Shown in pieces: positions 13,041 through 26,469 of a stretch of DNA of 64,000 nt (position 1 is its first letter; each line of letters starts with the position of its first letter). The stretch is from Octopus bimaculoides (Eukaryota), in assembly GCF_001194135.2 (NCBI RefSeq), contig NC_068990.1:7095070-7159069 (forward strand), given 5' to 3'. Position numbers and translations under genes: made by a program. The notes beneath the pieces were generated by a model. The model was not told the origin of the DNA, did no database searches, and saw nothing but the letters and a program-made list of their open reading frames with translations.

Positions 13041-13872
13041 GTAAGTGTAAAGATTCCTTAGTGTTATATACATTTTACTTCCAGTTATAATCTTTGCTAA
13101 ATTGTATGTTTGTATATGTATGTATGTGTGATGTATGCATTTGAAAGTACCTATGTTTACATGTATGCACGTATATACATAAATGTATCTTTTTACATGT
13201 GTGTGTGTGTGTGTGTGTTTCAAAACTGCAGACCACAAGTTTCTATACTTGTGAACTGACCCTACTTTCCAAGAAGCTGAATTGCAGAAAGGCTAAAGCT
13301 TCTTTAAAATGTAGTTTGGTAAAATGATTTCAATAAACTCAACCTGAAGAATAAATCTGAAATAAAAACAAAATATTAAAAACTGTAGTCTCATGCTCTT
13401 CTAGGGCATTGAAATAGTAACAGATGATACTACTCCTAGAGATAGGTGGTTCTTTATGAGAAAATGCTCAAATATTACTAAAGACCTCAGCAACCTTGAA
13501 AGTAAAAAATGGTCTGTCTCAATGTCCAGATAGATTATATATGAATGACCTTTCACAGAATAGCCATCAACTCTTTCACAGACTAGCCAAGAACAAAAGC
13601 TGAGAAACTTTTCCCAGTTAAAGACAGAGCAACATATTGAATACACTAATATATTCTTTTGGCAACAACTTCCTACAACGATGTAAGACAGATGAACAGG
13701 ACATAATTGAATTAATTAGAAATTCTGATGTCATTTGAACCCTCAGATGAGGCAGCCCTCAACTCTACTATTGAAATTCTGCCAAGTCAGCCTTTCTAGA
13801 CCATTGATGGTATTCTATCAGAATCATCTAGGTAGTAGATGAATTATAGAAATGCTGAAAGGTGACAGTAAG

Positions 13873-14038
13873 CAGGGCCAGCCCTAAGGTTGCTGGCACC
13901 CTGGGTAAGCTGAACTTTGGTGTGTACAAGTTGACAGTTGTGGAAATTTCCTTGTCTTTGTCACACCCTCCTTGACACTCTCTAGCACATGGCGCCCCAG
14001 GAGACTGCTCAAGTTGCCAGTACCTTTGGCCAGCCCTG
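13873..14038. mobile_element. hAT-like MITE
   Basis: TIR cagggccagccc / tggccagccctg; cagtaa on both flanks. Confidence 0.6.
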
Positions 14039-14544
14039 CAGTAAAATACAAATAATTAGAGACCTATGTCACTCAGCATCTCAAACGTAGACAGAAGTGT
14101 AGGTAGAAACATAATAAACTGGAGATTTTTAACATCACCCGACATCACTTCCACACTGAATGAAACAGTTCAACACAGCTTCTACAGCAACGCAAGAAAA
14201 AGCTGAAGACTCTGCCATTTTGCTCAAGGCTTAACTATGTGTACATTTATTTTACCAAAGCCTTTCCCAAGGTTTGCCCAATGTTAAATGCTGGCAGTCA
14301 GTGGTGCCCTGTCTATAAAATGTTTGGTAATAAGGTAAATACTACACGACACCATTCTCGGTTTCCTTTCCTCTATTCTCAGACATGGCAAAAATAAACA
14401 ATCAGCCAAACTTAGCATCAGCTGTTCTGATGACACTAAAGTGATGCAAAGCAAAAGGTATCCATGTGCTCCATGACCCAGAAACCCTAAATCACTGGGC
14501 AAAAGACAACAACATATTGTTCAGTACTTCCAAATTCTATGACT

Positions 14545-14760
14545 GATCATCATCATCATCATCATCATTGTTTAATGTCCGCTTTCCATGCTGGCATGGG
14601 TTGAACGGTTTGACTGAGGTCTGGGGAGCCAGAAGGCTGCGCCAGGCTCCAATCTGATCTGGCAATGTTTCTACAGCTGGATGCCCTTCCTAATGCTAAC
14701 CACTCTGAGAGTGTAGTGGGTGCTTTTTGCATGCTGCCGGCATGGGAGCCAGTCAGGCAG
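14545..14760 (-). mobile_element. RTE-tail family copy; others at 15405-15905(-), 21843-22320(-), 23500-23885(+), 25297-25565(-), 55828-56555(+, two copies around a gap)
   Basis: Same motifs as 262-407. Confidence 0.8.
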
Positions 14761-15188
14761 TCCTGCTCTACCTTACTCCAAGCAGAGAAACATTTTAAAA
14801 CACTGAGCATGTTGATATAGGCACAACTATGTTTGTTTATGTATATTTATCTAAATATACTCAGTGTCAAAACCCGCTCAGAAACCTAACAATGAAGTTT
14901 ACACTTTAGAAATCCCTTGTTTTGAGTACCGGGGTCAATCTAATTGGCTGCCCACCCCACTTACCAAAAATTTCGGATCATTGATGGTACTCTATCTAGA
15001 GTAGAAAAGAATATTTTTTATAAAAGTAAGCTCTCCATTAATTCCTGTGTGTACATACCCTCTGCCACTATCCCACCTATACATACACACACAGTTAATT
15101 GTTGTGTGTGTGTGTGTGCATGTCCTAATAGCATTTGTATGTGTATGAGTGTGTGTATGTGTGCATATGCTAGCAGCACCTGTTTGAA

Positions 15189-15223
<35 letters not shown>

Positions 15224-18200
15224 GTATTGTACACACACCTTCACCATCCCCTTTCCACATCATGACAGCTTGTTTACGCCACAAGAATTTACCATTAGTA
15301 CTGGAATTTACTATTAAAACGTTGTAAACAGATGTACATGAGATGCAAATACTAAAGAGGTATGTGAAATACATATGATAATTCAAATAAGTATAGCTAT
15401 AATAGTCATCATCATCATCGTTGTCGTTTAACATCTGCTTTCCATGCTGGCATGGGTTGAACGTTTGACTGAGGGCTGGCAAGCTAGGAGGCTGCACCAA
15501 GCTACAATCTGATCTGACAAGGTTTCTACAGCTAGATGCCCTTCCTAACTCCAACTACTCTGAGAGTGTAGTGGGTGCTTTTTATGTGCCACCGGCATGA
15601 AGGCCAGTCAGGTGGCACTGATAACGACCATGCTCAAGTGGTGCTTTTTACGTGCCACTGGCATGGGACCAGTCAGGCGGAACTGTCATCGGCCACAACA
15701 ATGACTTCACTTGACTCAACAGGTCTTTGCAAGCGCAGTTTATTGCCCGATGATTGAAGGGTACTATTAAATGGGCTGGTTCTGTTGTACTGGTATAGAC
15801 CAAAGTTACAGTCTCACTTGGCTTGCTGTGTCTTCTCAAGAGGTCTCCAGAGGTCTCGGTCACTTGTCATTGCCTCCGTGAGGCCCAACTTCTGAAGGTC
15901 GTGCCTTACTGAAAATGTAACAGCATTCTTTCAACAGTTTGCACTAACAATAAATAAATACAAAAACTAACCTACAGTTCAGTCGTTGACTATGTTAATG
16001 GTCAATTCCAGTTTCAGTCTAATAATAAGTTACAATAAATGATATACAGTGACAAGTTAATATTTGATGAATTTTGTATAATAATCCTATCAACAATAGG
16101 AACGAGGCCTGAAATTTAGTGGGAGAGGCTAGCTGATTACATCAACCCCAGTGCTTGACTGGTACTTATCTTATTACCATGGAAGGATGAAGGGTAAAGT
16201 CGACCTTGGGGGAATTTGAACTCAGAAGATATGAATGAGCAAAATGCCACTAACCATTTTCTTCAACATTTTAATGATTTTGCCAGCTTGTATGTTAATA
16301 AAATAAAATATGTAAGAATTGATAAATTTTAAGACAATTTAAATAATATTTTCTCTTTGTCATTTAATTGATGATCGTATCCATGCTCATTGTTACCTGA
16401 CAGAACTGCACTATTGTGATACTGATTGTGGTAATTGTGAAAAGAATGGTAGATCACACACAGCAGGTGGGTGTGGGGGAAATAATAGATGTGTATTAAT
16501 TTCATACAACTACCAGTGATTGAATTGGTCAAATGTATGTCTAGTTGTCAATGGAAATAGATAATCCTGCAACCAAATCTGATTCTGATGTCATTTTCAT
16601 TCCTGTTGTCGGAATCAAGTTTCTTTATAAGTGTGTCACAAATCCATTTACTTTTTGTTTTGATAATCGATTACAAATACTGATAATTCAATATATAATT
16701 TATTGGAGCTATTGTCTGTCCTCCATTTGATCATGGTTTGTCAGTAATAATAATGGCATAATTGCTGATGTCTGTTGGCCATGCTGCAGTACTGCCAGAA
16801 ATTTTCTGCCCAATGCTCTAGATGTGGTGCAGAACAATATGAAAATAAAAAAAAAAAATTGATCGTTCTTCCACCAATGAATGATTATCATAGTATTGCT
16901 TTTGAATTTTTTGTTTGAATATCTGAACAAAGTGTTCTATTTTACTGTCTGAAGTTGGATGAGCATTAGTTGGCATGAAATGTTGAACGATCATTTGATC
17001 ATCAAAATTGTTTAAATTTAGATGACACATACTGAATTTCATTGCTGGATATAATGGTTTTAAGAAATCCTTTAATGACAATAATTCAGCAGAGTGTTGC
17101 CAATGTTTCATTAATATGGTTGATGTTGCTGAGAAACACATCGAAATTTTGAGAACAAATAAACGACAATAAGCCACATTTTACTATAAAATGGTCCCTC
17201 AGAGTCAGTGTGTATTTATTTAGATCCAGTTATCTATACAGCATGCAATTTAAATTACGGATACCAAATATAATAAATAATCCCTTTTCATCGCTTTGTG
17301 AATATCAACGTTGATATACATTGAGTGCCTGTTCCAGTGAGTGAATAGAATGTTCATCTCTATTTCATGTTGCAATAGATGCATTGCAGCGTCAATGATA
17401 CAACTACTGCAATATGTAACATCAGTCACATTACTAATAAACAGTTGACTATTTGAATAGTATGTTCTTTTCTGCTAAATTATATAACAGCTTGTAATGT
17501 CATGTTCTTAATGAATATATGATAGGAGCTGGCTTTTGCAACACAGCCGAATTGCTATTTTCCAGATACACTTTTGTAAGAGTGCTAATCAACCAGTATG
17601 ACCAAAATAGCTGACTTCATTGTGAAAAATGCATTTTTTATATGATACTTTAAGTTATAATCTTTAAATGAATTAAATATAATTTCTAAGTTATCTAACC
17701 CTTTAGCATTTAAACCACAGTCACCATATGCCATTCCATAGCTGCCATCTCTGAAGAATGTATGGTTACATAATCAGAATGTTACCTAACACTGTTGAAC
17801 CCCTAGTGTGAAACCAATTGGTAAGACTGACTGCGTTGGATATATAATACTGTATGTGGTGGTAATAGAAAGTTCCCAGGCTAGTTCTGATTGCATGCTA
17901 ACAGATGGCGACACATGGTTAGTTTCTTTACAGTGATGTAAAGAAACTAACACCAAATAGTGGAGGGGGACAAATACACACACACACACACACATGATGA
18001 GCTTTCACAGTGTTCCAATCAACCAAAATCTCTCACAAGGCATTGGTCAGTCCAGGGCTACAGGAGAAAGTGTCACACAGTTGGAACTGAACCTGAAAGC
18101 AATGTGGCTGCAAAGTGGATATTTTAACCACACAGCCATGCTTGCTACATATGTGTGATGTGTGAATTCGCATTTCGACACCAAGAAGCAATTTCTCATT

Positions 18201-18396
18201 AAGAAAAATGGTAGAAGTGATTTTAAGAAATTTAGTATTTATCATGATTAAAGAGATTATATGATGGTAACTGCTGCTTGTAAACATAACTTGTGCTTAA
18301 CAAAAATATGATATCAATACACAATTCAATTTAAGCAAAAATGATTGTTTTATTTTTTAAAAATCACGAAGAATTTTGCTGCTTGTAAGTGTATGA

Positions 18397-18434
<38 letters not shown>

Positions 18435-18614
18435 AGAATAGTAATAGGTATGTTGTGTCATGGTTAGATACAAGATATGTCACAGAACATGTGTTTTCAT
18501 GTATATTTACGCGTTTATAAACATATCATATATCCTTGCCTTTCTATGATTTTGCTATTTTATTTTTGGCGATCTTAAATACATTAAAACTATTTTTTTT
18601 ATTTTGATGTTCAG

Positions 18615-18872
18615 ACACAACGCGCTCTAGCGCTTATAATGAAATTTGAGAAGATTGACAAGTTGGACCTCACTGAGCGTTTCTTTACTTTGTTGAGAAA
18701 CTATGGCAAAGATTTAGAAACAATTCGTAAACTCTACCAAAAGCAAAGATCAGACCCAGAGATCCCAAACAACATGCCACCAACAGCTGGTCGAATTATG
18801 TGGTCTCAGCAGTTACAAAGGAAGATTGAAGAACCAATGAAATGTTTTATAAACAAACCTGAAATTATGAAA
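18615..18872 (+). CDS. DNAH5: DNAH5/8-like exon 5
   Basis: gttcag acceptor, gtaatt donor. TQRALALIMKFEK...YQKQRSDPEIPNNMPPTAGRIMWSQQLQRKIEEPM resembles DNAH5 [27 protein letters not shown]. Confidence 0.93.
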
Positions 18873-19075
18873 GTAATTTTCCCTCCAATTTATATTTATA
18901 TCTGAAATAACATTTTTTATATCTTATTTATACTAACGCTGCTAACATGATGACTTTGTATAGATGAGTAAACTTACCACCAATTGCTGAACACTACATA
19001 AACGTTGTATCACCAAGTAAAAGAAATGTCTATAATTTTCCTCAACTGTTAAATCATAGAACTCAATACCTCATG

Positions 19076-19333
19076 TTGTTGTTGTTGGCACTCCGTCGCT
19101 TACGACGTCGAGGGTTCCAGTTGATCCGATCAACGGAACAGCCTGCTCGTGAAATTAACGTGCAAGTGGCTGAGCACTCCACAGACACGTGTACCCTTAA
19201 AGTAGTTCTCGGAGATATTCAGCGTGACACAGTGTGACAAGACTGGCCCTTTGAATTATAGGTACAACAGAAACAGGAAGTAGGAGTGAGAGAAAGTTGT
19301 GATGGAAGAGTACAGCAGGGTTCGCCACCATCC
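19076..19333 (-). mobile_element. SINE family A, cut by gap
   Basis: Close match to 1678-1935. Confidence 0.85.
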
Positions 19334-19343
19334 NNNNNNNNNN

Positions 19344-19375
<32 letters not shown>

Positions 19376-19643
19376 TGTGTGTATTTTTCCCTTTATTTAT
19401 TTATCTTTAAAAATTTTATCTAGTCTCAGCTCACGAGGTGTGGCTATGTTGGGGGCCCTTGTTAACAATTAACACAGAAAAAATAGATAAATAGTTACCA
19501 GGGTAGCAAAAAATCACATGAGTAAAATGGGTGTAACTCCTTGTTTTCAAAGGTAGAAACTCCAGGTTTACATGAAATATTTTGTATAATATACATAGAT
19601 AAATAAATAGAATTAAACGCAGGTGTTATTCAAATTCTTTTAC

Positions 19644-19728
19644 TTCTGACACATGTTTTGAAGATATCACTGGTATTATTCCAAAGGAATAAAATAGCAT
19701 AAAACAATGTAATCTTCTCTTCGGGGAA
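19644..19728 (-). ncRNA. Degenerate hammerhead-like fold with long stem II
   Basis: Minus strand reads ttcc-CCGAAGA-gaagat...atcttc-AAAA-catgtg-TC-agaa. Second copy at 22586-22670(+). Confidence 0.45.
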
Positions 19729-19785
19729 TTGAAGAAATGAAACTCATCAATAAGACATTTTAACAGAATATGATGGATATATAGA

Positions 19786-20269
19786 GTGATTAATTGAACG
19801 CTATTAAGTTTTTAAAAAAAAAAGGGTTAGAGGATATAAATTTAAAGGTAGCCTATAGAAAGAGGTGGGTGTAAAGGAAAGGAAAAAAACCAAATAAATG
19901 AGAAGTATATAACGATATGTAAATTAAATAAAACCCTAAAGTCTTAGAAAAAGATATATCTAGTGAATGTGAAATGCAAGAAGAAAGTTAATGTTTAAAT
20001 TAAACATTGGCAGAAACACACCTTTAGTTCATATAAGTGATATCTATGATTATATATAATTTAAACATTAATTTTCTTCTTACATTTCACATTCACTAAA
20101 TATATCTTTTTCCAAGACTTTAGGGTTTTATTTAATTTACATATTGTTCTATACTTCTCATTTATTTGGTTTTTTTCTTTCCTTTACCCCTCCTCTTTCT
20201 ATAGGCTACCTTTGGCATTTTATCCTCTAACATTTAAAAAAAAAACTTAATGGCATTCAGTTAATCACT
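19786..20269. repeat. Long inverted repeat (about 215-bp arms, about 57-nt spacer)
   Basis: 19786-20000 is the imperfect reverse complement of 20058-20269. Confidence 0.9.
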
Positions 20270-20549
20270 GAAGGAAGAAGTGAACATTTTTATGAATATC
20301 AAAGGTGTTTCTATTATAGAACTGGAAGATAAAAAGTTTCAAANNNNNNNNNNNNNNNNNNNNNNNNNNNNNNNNNNNNNNNNNNNNNNNNNNNNNNNNN
20401 NNNNNNNNNNNNNNNNNNNNNNNNNNNNNNNNNNNNNNNNNNATTGGTGTCATTTATGTGACACCAGCATCAGCCACAAGTACGATTTCACTTGGCTTTA
20501 TGGGCCTTCTCAAGCACAGTATATAGCCAAAAGCCTTGGTCACTAGTCA

Positions 20550-21717
20550 TTGCCTCTGGGGATTTATTGTGCTATTGTGAAGTTAAGTAAGGCCCAAATG
20601 CTTAAGCAATTTTATGAACTGAAAGAAGAAGTGAACATTTTTATGGATATCAAAGGTGTTTCTATTATAGAACTGGAAGATAAAAAGTTTCAAAGTGATT
20701 TAACATTTTTAGTAGATATAACTAGTCATTTAAATAGTTTGAACTTGAAACTACAAGGCTCCAATCAGCTAATAACCAGCTTGCTTTCTCATATCAAAAT
20801 CTTTGAACTGATTCGTCATTTATTTATCACACAATTGAAAAGAAAGTGCTTCACACATTTTCCAAAATTGAGAGAACAAAATCCCAAATCAACAAAGAAA
20901 TATTCTGAGAAAATGTGAAAGTCTTTTGAAGTTATTTGAAAGTAGATTTGAAGAAATACAAGATAACTACGTGTTTTTGAAACACCTTTTGATATGTGTC
21001 CTGAGGAGGCTCCAGGTACCTAACAATTAGAATTAATTGATTTGTAGTCGGATAGCTTACTAAAATCAAAATATAATAATCTGTCTTCATTGGACTTCTA
21101 CAAACCCATCAATCCTGAGAAATACCCTGCTTTGCATAAAAATGCCTTGAAATTTGTATCTCAATTTTTGACAACTTATCAATTTTTTTTTTTTCAAATT
21201 GAATTGTGCAAAAAATCGTCTTCATACCAGACTTGCTAATGAAAACCTGAGTAATGAACAGTTTCTTCAAAGACCTGATATTCCTAAACTTTAAAAAAAA
21301 AAAAAAAAGAAAGAAAGAAAAAATGTAGTTGCATTCTTCTTATTAAACAATGCCAAATTTTAAGATTAAAGTTAATTAGGTTTGATAACATTATCACTCG
21401 AATAAATCTGTTCAAATATGTCATTTACACATAATACTATTTAGGTATTACCGTAATTTTTCAAAATTAAATTCGGTTTGTGCTTGAGTGTTATGGTTTC
21501 TCCAACATTAGGATAGGAACATTTCGAAAAATATAGAATACTTCATAAGTGATATAAACATCCTAAATTCAGTGGTGACGTTAATGAAGATGTTATGCGC
21601 TAATTTAATGTGCTAAATAGAGATATACACAGATGCAAGAGCCAGAACTTGTGATCCACCCGCTGACCTTTTTCTTTGGAAATTTTTGCCTGCTGCACTA
21701 AAAGGGTTCCCCATCTG
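20550..21717 (+). mobile_element. hAT (Charlie/SPIN-like) transposon 3' half, pseudogenised
   Basis: DLTFLVDITSHLNSLNLKLQG, HFPKL, QLELIDL and YPALHKNALK motifs; terminal aaaagggttccccatctg is TIR-like. Confidence 0.8.
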
Positions 21718-22585
21718 TGAGTTAGATAAATGAATGCTTAGCTGGTCATTAGCTTAGCTGGTCATTTCATGTGGTATAATAGTGTCAGCAGTGGAGCAAG
21801 CGGATGATGATGATGATATATATATATATATATATATATATATCATCATCATCATCATCATTTAACGTCCGCTTTCCATGCTAGCATGGGTTGGATGATT
21901 TGACTGAGGACTGGTGAACCGGATGGCTGCACCAGGCCCCAATCTGAACAGGCAGAATTTCTACAGCTGGATGCGCTTCCTAACGCCAACCAATCAGAGA
22001 GTGTAGTGGGTTCTTTTCCGTGCCACCAGCACGAGGGCCAGTGAGGCGGTGCTGGCAATGGCCATCCTCAGAATGGTGTATTTTACGTGCCTCCTGCACA
22101 AGAGCCAGTCCAGCAGCACTGGCAACGACCTCGCTCGAATGCTTTCTGATATGCCACTGGAACAAGTGCCAGTTAGACGACGCTTGTAACGATCACGCTC
22201 AAATGGTGCTATTTACATGCCACTGGCATGGAAGCCAGACAGCTGCTCTGGCAATGATCACACTTGGATGGTGCTGTTAGTGCTCCACTGGCACAGGTGC
22301 CAGTCATTGAATATGGTTCAATTACGATTTTGAGTGTGTATTTTTCCCTTGTTTACAATTAACATGGAAAAAATAAATAAACAGTTCTCAGGGCAGCAAA
22401 AAATCTCCTTTACTAGTTTTCTGCTTATATCTTTCCTTTACCCTTTCTCTTTCTATAGGCTACCTTTGATGTTATATCTTCTAACGGTTTAAAAAAAAGA
22501 ACTTAATGGCGCTCTGGTCATCATTATACACATCCATCACATTCTGTTAAAATTTCTTATTGATGAGTTTGGTTTCTGTCTCTCT

Positions 22586-22670
22586 TTCCCTTATGAGAAG
22601 ATTACATTGTTTTACACAATTTATTCCTTTTGGAATAACACCAATGTTGTCTTCAAAACATATGTCAGAA
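22586..22670 (+). ncRNA. Degenerate hammerhead-like fold (second copy of the 19644 family)
   Basis: ttcc-CTTATGA-gaaga...tcttc-AAAA-catatg-TC-agaa. Confidence 0.4.
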
Positions 22671-22726
22671 GTAAAAGAATTTCAATAACACCTGCATTTA
22701 ACTCCGTTGATATATATATATATATA

Positions 22727-23346
22727 CAGGGTGTGATAACTAAACTGTCATCTAAATGACACAAAAACGAAATTAACACTGACATCTCATTTTGACAGAT
22801 ATATTTACCAAAATTACATAAAAATATCCTGATTTTACCATAGGCTCCAGAGAATTTCAGAATCTCCTGTATCTGTTCTGGATGGTCTCCTTGTTTAAGT
22901 TGGTGAATGCTGCCATAGTTCTTGTTGTCAGTTCATCTTTGGTGTTATAAGGAGTTTTGTTGGTCTCTCAAACAATTGCATCCCACACATAATAATCAAA
23001 TAGGGTTGCAGTCTGAGGAGTTAGGTAGCCAGATGTTAGGGGTGATGTGGTTGCAGAAATTATCTGACAGCCATGATTGGGTTCTCCTGCTTATGTGGCA
23101 TGGTGCAGAGTCCTGTTGCTAAACACTCTGAAATGTTCGTATTGGCACTTCCTGCATGAGTGCCAGTTAGTAAAACATGTCGTTTCCAAATTTCTGGCAG
23201 AGTGAATTGTGTCATGGTGCTGGTTTTCTCACAGATGGTGTCCAACTGCCCCTACTGTATTGTGTAGTTGACAAAATCAAAAACAAACGATGTGCATGCA
23301 CAAAATTAAACATATAAAATGGCAACAATTTACCTGTCGCATCCTG
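22727..23346 (-). mobile_element. Internally deleted Tc1/mariner (maT-like) element
   Basis: TIR cagggtgtgataactaaactgt versus acaatttacctgtcgcatcctg, TA flanks. Minus strand IWLPNSSDCNP resembles WPPNSPDCNPLD. Confidence 0.65.
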
Positions 23347-25101
23347 TATCTTCTAGCTTTTACTTGTTTCAGTCATTAGACTGCAGTCATGCTGGGGTAC
23401 TGCCTCGAAGGGCTTTGGTCAAATGAATCAACCCCAGCACTTACTTTTTTAAGCCTAGTGCTTATTCTGTTGGTCTCCTTTGCTAAACTGCTAAATTCTG
23501 TCTGACTTCTGTACTCGTGGCACGTAAATAGCACCATTTGAGCGGGATCGTTACCAGCGTCGCCTTCCTGGTACGTGAAAAGACATTCAAGTGAGATCGT
23601 TGTCAGTGCCACTGGACTGGCTCCTGTGCAGGTGGCACGTAAAATACACCATTTTGAGCGTGGCCGTTGCCAGTACCGCCTGACTGGCCTTCGTGCCAGT
23701 GCCAGTGGCACATAAAAGCACCCACTACACTCTTGGAGTGGTTGGCGTTAGGAAGGGCATCCAGCTGTAGAAACTCTGCCATTGGAGCCTGGTGTAGCCA
23801 TCCAGTTTCACCAGTCCTCAGTCAAATCGTCCAACCCATGCTAGCATGGAAAGCGGATGTTAAACGATGATGATGATGATGATGATAAACACCCCAATAT
23901 CGCTTGTCAATTAGTGGTGGGGAACACACTCACACATGCACACACACACATACACATGTATATGATGGGCTACTTTCAGCTCCTGTCTACCAAATCCACT
24001 CACAAGGCTTTGGTCGGCACAATGCTATAGTAAACACTTGCCTAAGTTGCCACACAATGGGACTGAATCTGGAACCATGTGGTTGGGAAGCATGTTTCTT
24101 ACCACACAGCCACACACCTTTAATACCTTCAATTATTCACTCTTCTTAGATTACAATAAACAATAAGATACCTGGTAGTTATATCTTTTAATTAAGTATA
24201 TTTTTCCTAAATAATGGACAGATGTAGTATCTACAAAAAAGAGATAGATTACTTGTTTAATCATATTAATCTGAATTACTATTTTTCAGTTGGATTCTTG
24301 TATTCATTTAATTACAAAAATGATTGGAATCTTGAACATGAATCAGAGGATTAGAAAATTTTTTTGAAAAGATACAACTCCATTGAATTAAAATTAATAA
24401 TAGAATAGTTTATGCTTAAAATTTGATTATTTGTCTTATGCCTGAAAAATATAGTCTTTATGAGAATTGTTTTCACTATGAAAAAATATCTTGGTATATA
24501 TCCTACTTATTTATCTATTGAAATAGTTTTTTGTCACATTTTATTACGATTTCATAAAAGAAATTTCATTTATTTTGATTCGATTGTTATTTTAGTAAGC
24601 AAATTTATTTAGAAAGTATACTGATAATTCTTTAAAGTAGCAATCAGAAAGTTTTTATGCTGTTTACTTAACTAGAAATTTGAATGCTGGTTCTAACTGA
24701 ATACTAAGTGAATCTTCTTATAACAGCTTAATTGCTAGACTAAATCACTATTTTTGTTACAATTTTGAGGGTCAATTATTTTGAAGCCTTGGCTTGTATT
24801 AGCAGATGGAATGAAAGGTACTAACTTTTTAATGAAATAGTTGCAAGAGGATTGACTTTAAACTTTTTGGCATAACAAGTGCACTTTGCAACCAAATGGC
24901 CCCAAGTTCCATTCCGATTTCACACCTTAGGCAAATACCTTCTCCAGTAGTTTTAAGTTGATCAGTCGATCAATATCTTATGAGTTACATTTGGTAGATG
25001 ATAACAGCACAGAACTCTATCGTAATTTGAATTTAACATATCATAGCATCTCATAAAGCGAGATTTCTATACATCTTAAATTTGCAGAAAAACTTGTGGC
25101 T

Positions 25102-25178
25102 GGGCAGTTTAGCTTAAATGGTCGAGAGCACCACGACACATAATCACGGAGGTGTGAGTTCGAGTCTCATGGCTGGCC
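25102..25178 (+). pseudogene. tRNA-Met(CAT)-like sequence enclosed by inverted repeats
   Basis: A-box tagcttaaatgg, anticodon loop cacataa (CAT at 25139-41), T-arm gtgag-ttcgagt-ctcat, T-run at 25187. The anticodon stem has two mismatches. Confidence 0.55.
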
Positions 25179-26050
25179 GCCCACACTTTTTTCTGCAAAA
25201 TAGGGGTAGTTTATCCTGTTCAGGCTATACTATTAGCATTATCCTGCGTTTGAGAATTTAAAATCTCTTCTTTAACTTTCTGTAATTTATATATCATCAT
25301 CATCATCATCGTCATTGTCGTCATCATTTAACATCAGCTGTCTGTGCTGGCATGGGTTGGGTGGTGTGACCAGAACAGGCAAGCTGGGGAGCTGCACCAG
25401 ACTCCAGTCTGATTTGGCTTTGTGTCTATGGCTAGATGCCCTTCCTTATGCCAACCACTTTACAGAGTGTACTGGGCACTTTTATATGGCACCACATGGG
25501 CGCTTTTACATGGTATTGTATGGGTGCTTTTATGTGGCACCACATGGGCGCTTTACACCACCAGCAGGATATGTATCAATATATACGTATCTGTGTGTGT
25601 GCATGTGCACATGTGTGTACTATGCATGTGTGTGTGTGTGTGTGTGTATGTATGTGTGCATGGGTGCATGCACGTACAAAAAGGAATACCTTGCAGTGTT
25701 TACGTCCTACAGAGGCATCTCTTTGAAGCCTCTCCAGCTTGATCATTGAAGCAAAGCATAATCTTGTGGCAATGAAAGCTTATGAATACAGTATATGTGC
25801 ACCGGATTGCTTCGAAGAGAATCTAATCTATCTGTTACAGAAGTAGTTGGAAGTACAGAGTAATTTCAAATGAAGGTGCCTGATGGTTGCAAGTTAGCAT
25901 GTATTGGCAATTAGTTGTAGTTTCTGACAATCTCTAGCAAGGCTGTCGTAAGGATCAGCATGCTTAATAAGTACAACATAGAGTTGTCTATGGATGACAG
26001 GAATGGAATTTCAACCATGTTTCGTGGTCTGCTACCACAACAGCTCCTTT

Positions 26051-26469
26051 ATAGGATCCAGTTAGCTCAAGACATCATCAGGAGGAACCACGTCCAGTTT
26101 CGGCCCCTACTCCTCTACCGTTTTGACGTGGCGGGGCCACCCCCTTTCGGAGGTGTCTTCAGCTCTAGTGTTGGGTGCATGTCTTCTTTCACTGTTTGTG
26201 ACTGTTCTAATTCAACTGTGGAATGTCCCTCGCTATGGTTATTTTCCAGGAAGTTCTGGCCACACGTCTTACGGTTCATCAACCCGCGTTGTCGAATTAC
26301 TTTCTTCCGACATACATTCCCTTGGTAGATTAGGATCCAGTTAGCTGAAGACATCATCAGGAGGAACCACATCCGGTTTCGGCCCCTACTCCTCTACCGT
26401 TTTGACGTGGCGGGGGCCCCTCCTTTCGGAGGTGTCTTCAGCTCTAGTGTTGGGTGCATGTCTTCTTTC
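26051..26469. repeat. GC-rich direct repeat (about 140 bp twice, period 280)
   Basis: 26051-26190 is nearly identical to 26331-26469. Confidence 0.9.

Noticed and set aside
14420-14455. Isolated CTGATGA (also near 52634) and several CTGAAGA
   Set aside because: There is no correctly placed stem II, GAAA or stem I; such 7-mers are expected by chance.
17026-17172. FIAGY...CCQC stretch reminiscent of a P-element/THAP9 C-terminus
   Set aside because: The motif is too short and no supporting motifs are nearby.
20272-20343. Duplicate of hAT sequence 20624-20693 before a gap
   Set aside because: It abuts an N gap and is probably a scaffolding overlap artefact.
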